This document shows, in pieces, positions 14,065 through 28,689 of a stretch of 62,481 bases of DNA. Both the position numbers and the translations under genes were made by a program. Location of the stretch: the NCBI RefSeq assembly GCF_006345805.1, contig NW_021831873.1, forward strand, positions 1 through 62,481, read 5' to 3'. The stretch is from Octopus sinensis. Lineage: Eukaryota. Position 1 is the first letter of the stretch, and each line of letters starts with the position of its first letter. The notes below the pieces were generated by a model. It did not search any database, was not told the DNA's origin, and saw only the letters and a list, made by a program, of their open reading frames with translations.

Positions 14065-16395
14065 ACATATGGAATGTGATGAGAATTTCTGGAACTGTAT
14101 CCCATAGAAACTCAACAAAGTATTAAAGATGGTGAAGAGAACATGTTAGAATTTTAGAAAGAAGTTTAATATATGCATACGATCGGTTCGAACCGAAATG
14201 TTAACATGCAAATAACATGGTAGAATAATTGGAAATTAATTGAATTAAATTAAATTAATTACATATTACTGTAACCCTCAGTGCAAAAAAAAAAGAATGC
14301 ATTAAAAAATTATTGTTTTTGTTGCAGAAGACTTGATAGAGGACGTAGCAAATAACATATTCGGATATATATATTTCTCCCTATGAAAGATCAAGAACAG
14401 ACTAAGAAAAGTGTTGTTGAGTCTAGTTGTGAAAAAACCTAACTGATTCCGCCAACGGCTATTTGAAAATATATGTGAAAGATGTTATAGAAATAAAGAT
14501 AGAAGTATAGTTGTCAATATTACAGAATTAAGATATTAAATACTTGCTGTTGCGAAAAATATTGAATAATCCGTTCCAGGTAAATGAAATGGAAAAAGTT
14601 AGGTTTTCAAAAGGCTAACTAATTAACAATGTATGGGAGTTACAGCTGAGACAAATCGTAAGAATGTTTTTTCTAAATGTTATAATTATCGGTATTTAGT
14701 AGGTTACTATATTTTTGTATAAATAATAAAAATAAATTGAATGAGTTGAAGTTTATAGTTATATTATATAAATAATATTGTCTAACGGATATACGGTAAT
14801 AGTGAATTGTGAATGTAAGAAAAAATTTGTTTTTCTTTATGAAATAAAAGGTGCAAATAAATATATTAAAAAATGGAAATAATTCATATATAAAAATGTT
14901 TCTATATTGTATACTGATACATTTACAGAAAACATATATGCAAGAAACTTATACAAGGGATTATATATGCTAGCTACATTTTAGTTATTTTCTTTGAGGG
15001 TGGGTGTGGCAGATAAAACACCGTACAGAGGTAAAGAGAATACTTTTACCAGTGTAAAGATAGGGCCCCCAAAAACGAATATAGGTATAATTATAAATTA
15101 TAATTATAATTATAATTATCCACACATATGAAAGAAAGATATTATTATAAGCAATAATATATATGTTTATTTGTATGTTAATAGGCAGCAATATTAATAT
15201 TAATAATAATAATAATAATAATAATTTGCACCTTTTACCCCATAAATAAAAACAAATTTTTTCTTATATTCACAATTCACTATTACCTTATATCCGTTAG
15301 ACAATTATTATTTATATAATGTTATTATGGATTTTCCACTTCCTTCATGCCAAACTGGATTCGCAATTCTTATTCTATTTTTGTAATTATTTATACATAA
15401 ACATAATCAACCTACTAAATACCGATAATTGTAACTTTCTTTAAAAAACAGTCTTACGACTTTGTCTCAGTTTTATTTCTCCTACATTGTTAATTACTTA
15501 GCTTTTTGAATACCAAAAATTTTCATTTTCATTTTCCTGAACGGTTTTTTCAATACTTTTAGCTCCAGCAATTATTTACTATCTTAATTCTGTAATATTA
15601 ACAACTATACTTCTATTTTTATTTCTGTACCTTACATTTCATTCACACAAATGAATATAATTTTTTACACTAATCTTTTTTGTATTATATAGTGGTATTC
15701 TCTAATAATTCTGTTCTTTTCGTTTGTATTCAAGTAGGCTAATTAAACCATATTAATTAGCTTTTATTTTTATTTTCGCACAAAAAATTGATATTTTAAA
15801 GCAATAGCTTCTTTAAATATACACCATACCTTATATTACTGACGTATTACTTATAACTGTCAAGTCATATCCTAATTCAAATACAACTATGCTGTCCCAT
15901 TGAACATCTATGCCTTACTTCTTTTGATAAATGCTTTATTTGGAGTGAATATTACATTTCTTATTTTCATATAGAGGGAATGTATCTTAAACATCTTTCA
16001 TTTATATTTTCAAATAACCGTTGGCCGCATCAGTTTCAGTTTTTTCACAACTAGATTCAACAGCATTTTTTTAGTCTGCTCTTGATCTTTCATAAGGATA
16101 AGTATGTATATCCCAATATGTTATTTTTCTACTTCCTCCATCAAGTCTTCTGTAACAATAATGATAATTTCTTGAAACATTCTTTTTTGCATTGAGGAGA
16201 ACAATAATATGAAATTAATTTAAGTTAAGTTAATAAATTTCTAATTATTCTAATTATCTGCATGTTATTATTGCTGTGCGAAACGATCGTATGCATGAGT
16301 TAAAATTCTTTTTGAATTTTAAAATCTCTTCATCTTTAATAGTTTGTTCAGTTTGTAAGGGGTACATTTCCATAAATTCTTATCACAAACCATAG
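14065..16395. repeat. Long diverged inverted repeat pair (left ~14065-14860; right ~15224-16395 with ~340 extra bp)
   Basis: Collinear reverse-complement blocks, e.g. ATGCATACGATCG / CGATCGTATGCAT, GAAAGATCAAGA / TCTTGATCTTTC, GTCTAACGGATATA / TATATCCGTTAGAC. Confidence 0.85.
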
Positions 16396-16418
16396 TTATG
16401 TACATAAACATAAGTATA

Positions 16419-16529
<111 letters not shown>

Positions 16530-16590
16530 TGTGTGTGTTATATATTTGTTGTGCAAGATTTTTATGTGAAGTCGTGGGTTGAAACAGACA

Positions 16591-16954
16591 TTGTATTTCG
16601 GAATGGTCATTTTGCCAGTTTAGCCAATAAAAACACACGCACTATATATTTGGTGTTACTTTGCTTCAGTGTTATTTCTATTGGTTTGGTAATAGATATA
16701 GTAACGATCTCATTAATGGTGGTGATTGTGATAGGAGGGAGAAAATACAGGCGCACAAATATATACATACCTACAAACATACAAGAAAGCAAAGGACCAC
16801 TGATGCGGTCACAGGAGTGTGACGAAAGAACTCTGGCCGAAATAAGATTAAGATTAATGTAAAAAATAAATAACACTGAAGCAAAGTAACACCAAATATA
16901 TAGTGCGTGTGTTTTTATTGGCTAAACTGGCAAAATGACCATTCCGAAATACAA
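16591..16954. repeat. Perfect 87-bp inverted repeat (16591-16677 / 16868-16954) with a 190-bp spacer
   Basis: I compared the arms base by base and saw no mismatch. Part of the spacer is an inverted copy of a repeat at ~22950-23080. Confidence 0.9.
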
Positions 16955-17561
16955 CAATATATATATTATTTATTTATTTATATATATTTATATTTATATT
17001 TATATTTATATATACGCACAAACAAATGTATACGTATATACACATATGCATATATCAACACAATTTGTGTAGCTATAATTACATATATTGACTCTATGTC
17101 AAATTTGAATGTTTTTAATATATAAATATTATTAGAAAAGATACCAGTGGTGGGTCGCAAGGTTTTACAGAACATACACTTTTCCATCTAATTTTCAAAC
17201 GTTCTTCGACTAGTATTACTAAATTCCCCTGGAAATTAAAAGACATTAATATAAGTTTTAAAATTAGATTTAAGATTAAATGGTCTGTAAATCCTCACCA
17301 CTCACTTGATAGAATTTGCCAACTCTGTACATCCGAACGCTATAATATTCTTTTTTTAGTAGAAAATTATTAAATGAGAGGTTTAAAAAGTTCTCACCAT
17401 TCTTACACACTCCTAAATATCTATCTAGTAAATATTATTAACCATTCTATAAATATTAGTATCACTTATATTTACTAAATTTGATCCTTACTGAATTAGA
17501 TCCTTGTTAGAACCGGAATTTATATCCATACTCTAACACATATAATATCATATATATATAT

Positions 17562-20500
17562 ATATTGGCATTGGCATCCTTTCTGTCTCGGGAGACAATG
17601 GAGTTGCGCATGAAGTAGTCTAGTCGGCTTTTATATTTCATGTCCTGATACATTTCCTGCTGTGGCTGTGTAGTCCTATCCTGGACAAACACTCCCTCTG
17701 GCAGGTACCGCAAATCTAGCGAAGACTGTTCCTTGCTGGTTGTAGTGCCATAGTCTCTTGTTTACGTCTCTTCCTTTCTTTCCATTTCTCCTCTCTCTCT
17801 CAGTCACTCCTTTGTATTCCCGCTTTTACGGTACGTCGCCATTCTCCACAGTTGCCGGCAACTGCCTCCCAACCGCTAATATTGATGTCCCTTCATGTCC
17901 CTTTTGAAAACATCCTTGTAACGTAAGATCGGTCTACCCACAGACCTAGTACCCCTAGCAAGCTCTCCGTAGAATATGTCCTTGGGGATTCTGCCATCTT
18001 TCATACGGCTAACATGCCCAAGCCATCTCATACGTCTTTGTGTGAGGAGTGCAAACATGTTTGGTATTCCTGCTTGCCTGAGGACATCTTTGTTGGGGAT
18101 ATGATTCTGCTATTTGATGCGGAGGATTTTTCGGAGGCAGCGCAGGTGAAAGATGTTTAGGCGACGCTCTTGGCGTGTGTATAGCGTCCAGGTCTCACTT
18201 CCATACAGTAGAGTGCTGCGTACACATGCCTGGTAGATCTTCATTTTCGTGGTCTTGGTCAGCTTATTGTTGTCCCAAGCCCGTTTGGAGAGTTGGGCCA
18301 TCGCAGCAGCTGCCTTGCCAATGCGTATATTGAGCTCAGCGTCAAGGGATAGGTTGTAGGTGATGGTAGAGCCCAGATAGGTAAACTTCTCCACCTCTTG
18401 TAATCTGTGGTCTCCAATATGTATGTTTGGGATGTCCGATGTAGTCTGGCCCATGATGTTGGTCTTCTTAAGGCTGATAGCTAAGCCAAAGTCGTTACAT
18501 GCTTGCTCAAAACAGTTAATGAGCCTTTGGAGGGCTTCTTCTGTGTATGTTACCCTAGCGGTATCATCAGCAAATAACATCTCCTTGATCAGGACGTTTC
18601 TGATTTTGGTCTTGGCACGCAGGCGCGAGGGATTGAACAGTTTCTCGTCACTTCTACTGTGCAGAAGCACTCCATCATCTGATGTCTGAAAGGCATGTGA
18701 AAGTAAGAGCCAGAAGAAGATGCCAAACAATGTAGGAGCGAGGACACAACCTTGCTTTACCCCGTTTTTTATTTGGAAGGCGGCTGATGTTGAACCGTTG
18801 TGCTGTATGGTGCCTTGCATGTCATCATGGAAAGACTTGATGATCCTCAGCAGCTTTGGTGGACATCCGATTTTTTGGATCAGGATGAAGAGGCCTGTTC
18901 TGCTTACCGAGTCAAAAGCCTTTGTTAGATCAATGAAGGCCATATATAATGGCATTTTCTGCTCTCTGGACTTCTCCTGAAGTTGGCGTATGGAGAATAT
19001 CATATCGATAGTTGATCTGCTTCTTCTAAAGCCACACTGCGATTCCGGATAGATTCGAGAAGCAAGTAGTTGTAGCCTGGCCAGGATAACGCGGGAAAAG
19101 TTCATTCCAACAGTGCTTAGAAGGGATATACCACGGTAATTGTTACAATCACCACGGTCACCTTTGTTTTTGTAAAGCGTAATGATGTTAGCATCCCGCA
19201 TATCCTGAGGGACTGTACCCTCTTCCCAGCACTGACACAGAAGCTCATGAAGGTGCCGAAGCAGGATGGTGTTTTTGCCGGCTTTGATGATCTCTGAGGG
19301 GATGCCGTCTTTTCCTGGAGCCTTATTTCTTGCTAGGGAGTCAAAAGCCTTGGTGAGCTCTGCTATAGATGGCGGACTGTCAAGTTCGCACATGACTGGC
19401 AAGATCTTGACACTCTCGACTGCAGCCTCAGCCACTGTGGTCTCCCGTGAGTAGAGATCCTGGTAGTGCTCCACCCATCTATCCATTTGCTTGCCTTGAT
19501 CCCTGATGAGATCTCCAGTAGTTGATTTCAGAGGGGCTGACTTGGTTGCGGATGGACCGAGGGCCTTCTTCAAACCGGCATACATCCCACGGGTGTCGCC
19601 CCTGTCAGCAGCTGACTGGATACTCTGACTTCCTGCCAATACCTATTTGCACAGCGTCTGGCTGTCAGTTGGGTTTTATTTCGTGCCTTTCTGAGTTCTT
19701 CGAGTGACTTTGTAGAAGAGTCACTCTTGTATTGCACCAGAGCTGCACGCTTTGCTTCGATAACTGGCTCCAGCTCTGAGAGCCCAGCATTGAACCAATC
19801 TGGGCCGAAAGTATCCAATGATGTCGTTTACAAGGCTTCCCTGATATAGTCCCACCTACTTTCAGCAGAGAAGATTGGGCAGCTACTGAGGGCAACCTTG
19901 ATAGAAGCAGCAAAACATTTTCGCAGTGTAGGGTCCGAGGTTCTGGCGGTGTTGATGCGTGGTCGGCCCACTTTCTTGGAGCGATGGACTTTTTTAAGCA
20001 GAATCCTCACCCTGCTTCTAATTAGTGAGTGGTCTGTGTCACAATCCGCGCTGTGGTAACTGCGGGTCAATAGAGCAGAATTCAGAAAGGATCTCCGTGT
20101 AATGATGAGATCCAGCTGATGCCAGTGGTGAGATCTTGGATGTCTCCAGGATGCCTTGTGGGATGGCTTGTTGGTAAAGAATGTGTTTGTGATGCACTGG
20201 TTGTGGTATGTGCAGAATTCGAGTAGTCTCTGACCATTGTCATTCATGTTGCCAATACCAAAGTGTCCAACACAAGTGGGCCACGAATCATGGTCAGATC
20301 CCACGCGAGCGTTAAAATCCCCTAGAAGGTAGATATTTTCAGTCGTTGGTATATTTTCTATGACACAGTTGAGATCTTTGTAGAACTGGTCCTTGGTCTC
20401 CTCTGAGCTGTAGAGAGTGGGAGCATAGATGCTGAGTAGATGTACTGAGCCAGAAGAAGTCGAGAGGCGCAGTGAGAGGATACGCTCAGTGCTTTCCGAT

Positions 20501-21380
20501 GGTGGTTCTATTGAGGAGAGTAGTGAGTTTCTCACTGCAAAGCCAACGCCATGTTGACGAGGTTCTTCTGGATCTCTTCCCTGCCAAAAGAATGTGAAAT
20601 CCTGCTCTTTGAGTTTGCCGTTTGAGGGAAGTCTTGTCTCCTGCAGCCCAGCAATATCTATGTTGAGCCTCTTTAGTTCACGGTCAATGATGGCCGTTTT
20701 CCTTGTGTCTTCAATCCTGAGAAGATCATCAGATATTCCAGGACACATGATCCTGACATTCCAGCTTGCTAACCGCAGAACTGGTGTTTTCTTGACTTTT
20801 AGTTGCTTGCCTGGTGCAGAGGTTGCAGGCCGCTTTTCGAGTCATACTCTTAACTCCAAGCACCCAATGGAGCAGGCGGCTTGTGGCGGGTCAGCACCTT
20901 ATTAACTGGGGGCTGCCCAGCTTGAGGTGGGCAGTAGCTAGCCAATAGGACACGGAGGTCCCTCCCACCGTCAGAGGTAACCCGTAGCGCCCATATTTTA
21001 CGCCAATCTGAATGGACTTATCACTCGTGACTGTTACCTCCCGTGTTATTTCTGCAGCTTTTTACAGCAGCACTGAAGTGTCCTCTCCAGTTTTGCGCAG
21101 GCCTGGGCTATAGATAAGAAAGTCCTGGATAGCCCAATCGTCAGGTTTCCTCTCTCGACGTTGCTGATGTAGTCCAGTGGAGTGCAGTGCATTACGTTTG
21201 GCACCAGCTTGGTTGCAGGAGCTGCCGGAAGAGTGTCGAGTCGAACACTAGACCGCCTTCGGAGCTCCACTCCGGATTTCTTTGAAGGTTGTCTCCTTTC
21301 CGTAACCCTGGATAGGGGCCCATACAGAGTACTGTCAGCCGGAGCCAGCTGAGCCCGGAACTCGTGTCAGGCAGGGTCGT
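17562..21380 (-). mobile_element. Apparently full-length RTE-clade LINE with 5' UTR, APE, RT and tandem-repeat 3' tail; few frameshifts
   Basis: ORFs 19828-20748 (LASWNV, GLQETR, GDFNARVG, DTDH), 18110-19639 (509 aa; KAFD, KQGCVLAP, LFADD, YLGS) and 17876-18058. Minus-strand 3' tail ...GATGCCAATGCCAA abuts (TA)n. Confidence 0.95.
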
Positions 21381-21734
21381 CACTCCCTGAAGTAGTGAAG
21401 AAGTTCGCTACCCACTACCTTTTCAAGTAATGTTAAATTATTATTAGATTTTTTTTTTCATTCTTTTACCTACGTTTATTTTATATGTTTATTTTCAACC
21501 ACTAATATTTATCATCAGCAGCAGCAGCAGTTGTAGTAGCAGCAGCAATATCACTATCAGCAGTAGCAGAGGCAGTGGTAATAGCAGTAGTTATGGCAGC
21601 AGCAACAGCAGCAGCAGCATTTTGCTTCGCTTCGTTTCATAGGGACAAGGGAGGGAAGTTAAGAGAGGGTGGGAAGAGGAGAGAATAGAGATATCCGTTA
21701 TTGGTTGTGGGGGTGGGTTTGGGCGGGCACACAT

Positions 21735-22106
21735 CGAACAGGTCGGTCGGAATTAAGGGACGATGGTCAGAATTAACGAAGTTCTAAGAGGTTGTCAGCG
21801 ATGAGATCATTTAAAACACGACAGCAAGCTGTCAGTACTGATAACATTTAAGTTATTAGGAGTGGAGTAGAGAAGGAGAAGAAAGAGAAAAATGTTCTTA
21901 GCTTAGCGTCTCGGTCATCGTGTGGCAGAATAAAAAATAAAAATGGCCAGCGAACAGGTCGGTCGGAATTAAGGGACGATGGTCAGAATTAACGAAGTTC
22001 TAAGAGGTTGTCAGCGATGAGATCATTTAAAACACGACAGCAAGCTGTCAGTACTGAAAACATTTAAGACATTAGGAGTGGATTAGAGAGGGAGAAGAAA
22101 GAGAAA
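21735..22106 (-). repeat. Tandem direct duplication (period 216 bp, ~155 bp matched) of a probable LINE endonuclease fragment
   Basis: Copies start at 21735 and 21951. The minus strand reads NSDHRPLIP, like the APE SDH motif. Confidence 0.75.
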
Positions 22107-22108
22107 GA

Positions 22109-22147
<39 letters not shown>

Positions 22148-22198
22148 CACTATGTTCACTATAAAATTATTTTAGCATTTTCTATTTTTGACTTGTTT

Positions 22199-22238
<40 letters not shown>

Positions 22239-23979
22239 CAGTAAATCATTCAATCTTATTTATTTCGTACTATATATAAATAACATTCCCTTACCTTTAA
22301 AGTTATTGCATATCCGTTACGTTATTTATTTCTTACTTTTCAACAATAAAGTAAATTATAGAACAATTCATATTTTTTTGGTTATTTTTAAATTTAAATA
22401 TCATAATCGATGTACCTACTAAATAGTTCCAATGTATTTTAGTAACCTATTGACTATTATACATAAATTTAGGTAGTTTGGATATTTTCATATTACATAA
22501 TATGATATTCCTTCTTACAACCGAATATTCTCCAATTTACATATTAATATAGCTAATAAATAACAATTACAAGCATATTATACTATAATTTAGCCAATGC
22601 CTAAATAATACTCTCATATAATCTACCAGCTTTTTTATTTCATTATATGATAGTTTTGTTTTCCTTCCCCCTGTTCAATTTTTTCCTTTTCTAACATATT
22701 AACTGAAAAATTCTAACCATTAAGCCTAACCTTATTGCTTTAGCTTCTCTAATAGTATTTATTTATAAAAAATATCTTTGACACAGGGTCTATATATATA
22801 ATTATAACGATATGAATCTTGTTGATATATGCATGTGTGTATGTATGAATATATATGTATACATTTCATCATATATATATATACACACACACACTTATAT
22901 ACATTTATATATATATATATATGCATACATACATGCACACACTCATATCTATGTTTGTAGGTATGTATGTATTTGTGTGCTTGTGTTTGCCCTCTCCTAC
23001 CAAAACCACCACCATTAATGAGATAGTGACTCATGTATAGCTTTCCTGATATGTATCTATTACCAAACCAATAGAAATAATTTATTTTTATTTACAACCG
23101 ATAAATAATATTTTTTCATCTAACCTATCTTTCATTTATTTTATAAGATAATTTGTTCCCTTGCATACTTAAGTATTATTACTTTTATTTTTATTTTTAT
23201 CTAATACTATATATTTTTTTTTCTTTAGATTTTATACTAAATATATTTTATTTTTTATTTACATTTCTACTATCTATATTTTCTTTATTTACATTTTATA
23301 TTATATATATTTTACATATATATATCATTAACTTTCTATTTACCATTGATTTTTTTTCTCATTCTTATCTTTCTTTACCCTTATTATTTTAGGTTATATT
23401 TATTTTATTGCTTTATATTTTGAATTTTTATTTACATTACTTTGTACTAAATGGCATCTTCACTAATACCTGCTACTCGCAAACTAGATACACGTAGATT
23501 ATATATAGGATCTAACTTCTTAAACTCAATAATATTCTCTATACATCCTTCAAAGAAAAATGTTAAACTTAATTCTTTAAGCTCATATGAACCCTGAAGA
23601 AGTTCTACCCCATATAGTTAATTATGTTACCTTTCTGAGCTTATAACCAAAATGCTTATAATTGCATATCAACTAGAGGTTAAACTGAAACATTTATGTA
23701 GATTTTTCACACCTTTCATTTTCCTTCTGAGCTTTACAACTTATATTTTATTTGTATTGTTATCGTTTTTAAAAACTTCAACATCTTTATATCATATAAC
23801 TAAATTATTCATTCCTCCATCTTTCTACAGTTTCTTCTTTTTTCCAATAATGATGATAATTATCACTGCAAAAACCCCTAATATATGGCAGAAACTTTCT
23901 CCTTATATGATAGTGATTATCCAGTGGAATATTTTGGGCTATATAATGCTTAATGTGGATCTAACTTCCTCGAATTAAC

Positions 23980-24027
<48 letters not shown>

Positions 24028-24060
24028 ATATATATAATATATATATATATATATACACAC

Positions 24061-25015
24061 TTTTACTTGTTTCAGTCATTTGACAGTGGCCATTCTGGAG
24101 CACCGCCTTTAGCCGAGCAAATCGACCCCAGGACTTATTCTTTGGAAGACTAGTACTTATTCTATCAGTGTATTTTTGCCGAACCGCTAAGTTATGGGGA
24201 CGTAAACACAACACAATCGGTTGTCAAGCGATTTTGGGGGAACAAACACAGACACGCAAACATATACAAATATACTATATATATACATATATACGACGGG
24301 TTTCTTTCAGTTTCCGTCTACCAAATTCCCTCACAAGGCTTTGGTCGGCCCGAGGATACAGTAGAAGACACTTGCCCAAGGTGCCACGCAGTAGGAATGA
24401 ACCCGGAACCTTGTGGTTGCTAAGCAAGCTATTGGGTTGTCCGGAAAGTTCATGCCGATTTATAGTAGCTTATATTTCGACTTATTTTAGACCATGGTTA
24501 AGTCCATAAAATAGGATTTGACTACACCTCTATTTGGAGCATAGTTTAATTTATCATTTGTGGAAGAAGGTTTATGTTCCTATAACCTGTGTTAATATTG
24601 TAACCCTTTAAAATGGAAGATAAGAAAGTTCATTTTCGGCAGTTGATGCTTTGGGAACCAAACAAAAATAGTTCAGCTGGGATGTGTTATCCTACGCGCC
24701 ATATTCACCAGATATTGCTCCTTCGGATTTCCACTTATTCAGGTCTCTGCAGAATAGCCTTAATGATAAAAATTTCAATTCCTTGGATGACGTAAAAGAT
24801 ACATTGATGAATTCTTTGCTATGAAACCCCCTCAATTCTGGGAAGAGGGTATTTTCAAGTTAAAGGAAAGATAGAGATGCGTTGTGCAACAAAATGGTTC
24901 ATATTTGGTTGATTAAAAATTTGATGGCAAGTATTAATTGACTTTTTTCTCTCCTTTAAAAATCGGTATGAACTTTCCGGGCAACTCAATAATTACCACA
25001 CAGCCACTCCTGCGC
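24061..25015 (-). mobile_element. tRNA-derived SINE interrupted by a mariner derivative
   Basis: SINE body 24061-24431. The head resumes at 24992 (ATTACCACACAGCCACTCCTGCGC). Confidence 0.9.
24432..24989 (+). mobile_element. Internally deleted mariner (558 bp, non-autonomous)
   Basis: 30-bp TIRs with 3 mismatches (TTGGGTTGTCCGGAAAGTTCATGCCGATTT), TA on both sides. Remnants MEDKKVHFR and PYSPDIAPSDFHLFRSLQN. Confidence 0.92.
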
Positions 25016-25549
25016 TAGAATGGTTAATGATATATATATATATATATAATTTAAGTGGTATAAATAAGTATGATTTTATATGTATTTGTGTTTAAAGAGC
25101 GAAAGATAAACCATCTGTTACAACCGCTCTATTCTGCAGGTATAAACTTGTGGGTACGTGTACACGCCTACGCATGCATACACACGTATACACTCGTACA
25201 TGCACCACATACACATACACAGACACGTACGGACACGCACAGTAATCTAAATAAAAATTCAAAATATAAAGCAATAAAATATATATATCTTTATTATAGC
25301 GTGATAAATAGCAATTCACACGGTTTTCGAGTAAGGGAAGAAGTAGTTAATCAGAGTGTCACGCCTTTCGATTTGTTTGTGGAAACATTTTCACTTCAAT
25401 TTTAAAAAACAGAAAGCGAGAACGAAAACGAGAAGATAATTCAATACGAAGAAAAGGAGACAATAAATCTATTCTGTGCGAGAAGTTATAGTTATTTCCT
25501 TATTCTGAAACTCTCTGAAGTGCTATTTATCACAATATAATAAAGAAAT

Positions 25550-25898
25550 ATGAATTACTTACCAGTTAGTCACGACATTCGAAGAGGAAATCTTCACGTA
25601 ATTATATTCTCAGTGCTATTATTATGTTTGGGCAGTAATGTAGCCTGCAGGGAATATTATGGAATTCGTGTTCCACCACCTGTAACTGCCATTCCAGAAG
25701 CTGACAAGTTGATTAAGATGTCAAACATTCGATCACTAATTGAGTGCTTCTCTGTTTGTATGACATATTCCGAATGTGGTATGATTATTTACAGCGCTTC
25801 CGACAAAGTATGTATCCTGCGTAAAATCAAGCAACTACCTGGTGCCTCATCATTCATCGACATTCCTGCAAACAGTATTTACACCATGCTACAAGCCC
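25550..25898 (+). CDS. Exon 1 of a secreted PAN/apple + C-type lectin domain protein (signal peptide and PAN-like module)
   Basis: The ORF has a hydrophobic signal (HVIIFSVLLLCLGSNVAC) and PAN-like Cys spacing (SLIECFSVCMTYSECGMIIYSASDKVCIL). It ends at the donor CAAGCCC|GTGAGT (GT at 25899), phase 1. Confidence 0.8.
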
Positions 25899-26468
25899 GT
25901 GAGTAGTTTTCTATACTTTGTGTGTGTTATGCATAATATTAATTTTCTTTCAACCCATGAAGGAAAGGCATCTTATATCTGTGTCTTTTTATCTATGTCT
26001 TATTGAAGATGATATCGGACGACCTAGAGAAATTTGACTGCTACTATTTCTTATCGGTCAAGCAACGATGTAAAGGTTCATTTTTGGATCACATTACGCG
26101 TGTCCTGAAATAATTATTCTTAAAATCATTTAATAGGTAGTCGTGTCATCTTATCTTAAATCTGTGATGTATCTCTGCCTACCTAACATCATCATTTTTT
26201 CCTAAGGCAGCAGGATGTTTGATTGAAAGCGATTTAGTTGTTATTTCTAAGAAGTCTACCAGCCACATAGGGGCTACCTTTCGGTCTGTATTGTGCGGAT
26301 CACTGGTTTAAATCAATGTCTCTCCAAGTATGGCGATTTGGGAAAATGCTAGGGCTCCCCGAAATAACGTGTTTTTTAAAAAAAATTAAATAAAAGACTA
26401 ATCTATAGATTTAACGCAATTCATATTTATTCCTAATATAATATTATTACATAATGTTTATATGACTA

Positions 26469-27270
<802 letters not shown>

Positions 27271-28495
27271 GTTGCTACACGTCTCCCCAGGTGGTTCAAC
27301 CTGGGCATCCTGTATGAGATCAATAGCACATTCTTGCACAAATTTAGAGGTGAAAGTGAGTCACCATTGAAAATAACACAGTTGACGTTCATATTATCTG
27401 CAGATAGTACTCCATTAGAGTGATGTAATTAAAGATTCGTATTCCTCAATGACATATGCTTCAAGAAATTTGAAATTACATGGGTACTTTTTTCCTAATT
27501 CTCATCTTTTACTCTTTCGGGACTTTCTCATTTATCCTTCCATCACCCTATCGTCTTACAGTATTCTTAGTTATTTATGTATCTCATTATTCCACAGTGA
27601 TGTAATGAACTTTTCTGGTAGCAATTAGCACCGAGCATTTATCTAGAGCAACCTGCATTCCATTATATTTACTGTACAGACTCAGTGTTTGGGTAAAAAT
27701 AATCCAGATCTTACTAATTTTCTGTATATAGCTAGAGATCATCCATTTAAAGTGGTTTATTTTCATCTTAGTTTTCGTAAGCGGGACTGGCTTTTCTCAG
27801 TATGCTTTCAGTGGAATTAACATAATCACTCGTATTTTATTTAATATTCTACCAATACTATATATCTATCTACCTATCTATCGATATACATTCACTGCTT
27901 TCTTCCAATCTAGTGCTGTTAGCTTAGTTTTTCCTTGGAGCTGGATAGATTAGAGTAATCTCGAGTATAACCAGCCGAAATTGACCGGTGTTTGACCAAG
28001 CCTGAGCTTTTTTCTTGGTTCGACTTCCATCCGTGCAACATCTATATTATTCCCCATGCCTGTCGTTTCTTATGTCTCTGCCGTGAAGCTTCACTTCCAC
28101 ACAATCCATCTTAATTTAATTCGTCCTTAGTCGAAAGATACCTGTTGTTAATGTTCTGTAATTTTTCATTTGTATTTGTGTACAATTACTCCGTTTTTTT
28201 CCCGTCTTTGTTTGCGTATACACTCGCTGTTTTCTTCCAAGGAATCTAGTGCTCTTAGCTTAGTTTATTCTTGGAGCTGGCGAGATTGGAGCAATCTCGA
28301 GTATATCCGGCCGAAATTGCAAAGATATTCTGGAACACGACTGAGGAAAGAAAACTCCGAACAACCCGGTTTTTCTTGTCAGTTTTTTGTATCATCTAAC
28401 TTGGTGTTTTGTTGTCCCTTTCTATATCATCTAGCTGTCTGGATGTTTTGTATTCTTGTCCCATTTTTGTATTCCTTTATCTATTCATATATATA

Positions 28496-28537
<42 letters not shown>

Positions 28538-28588
28538 GTATGTATATATGCATATGTATATATATATAAAGATATATATATAAATATG

Positions 28589-28622
<34 letters not shown>

Positions 28623-28689
28623 TGTATGTATAAATAGTAGATCAACAATTAAACTTGATTTCTTTCTACATTATTTTTGCTCCCATGAC

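Noticed and set aside
22280-23980. Very AT-rich strand-skewed blocks (also 55460-56130) as NUMTs or viral remnants
   Set aside because: I recognised no mitochondrial gene, tRNA or viral motif. It needs BLAST against the mitogenome and nr.
27890-28390. ~75-bp duplicated segment (27908 / 28243) as a regulatory or extra exon feature
   Set aside because: It looks like a degraded retroelement fragment, and I could not assign a frame or family.
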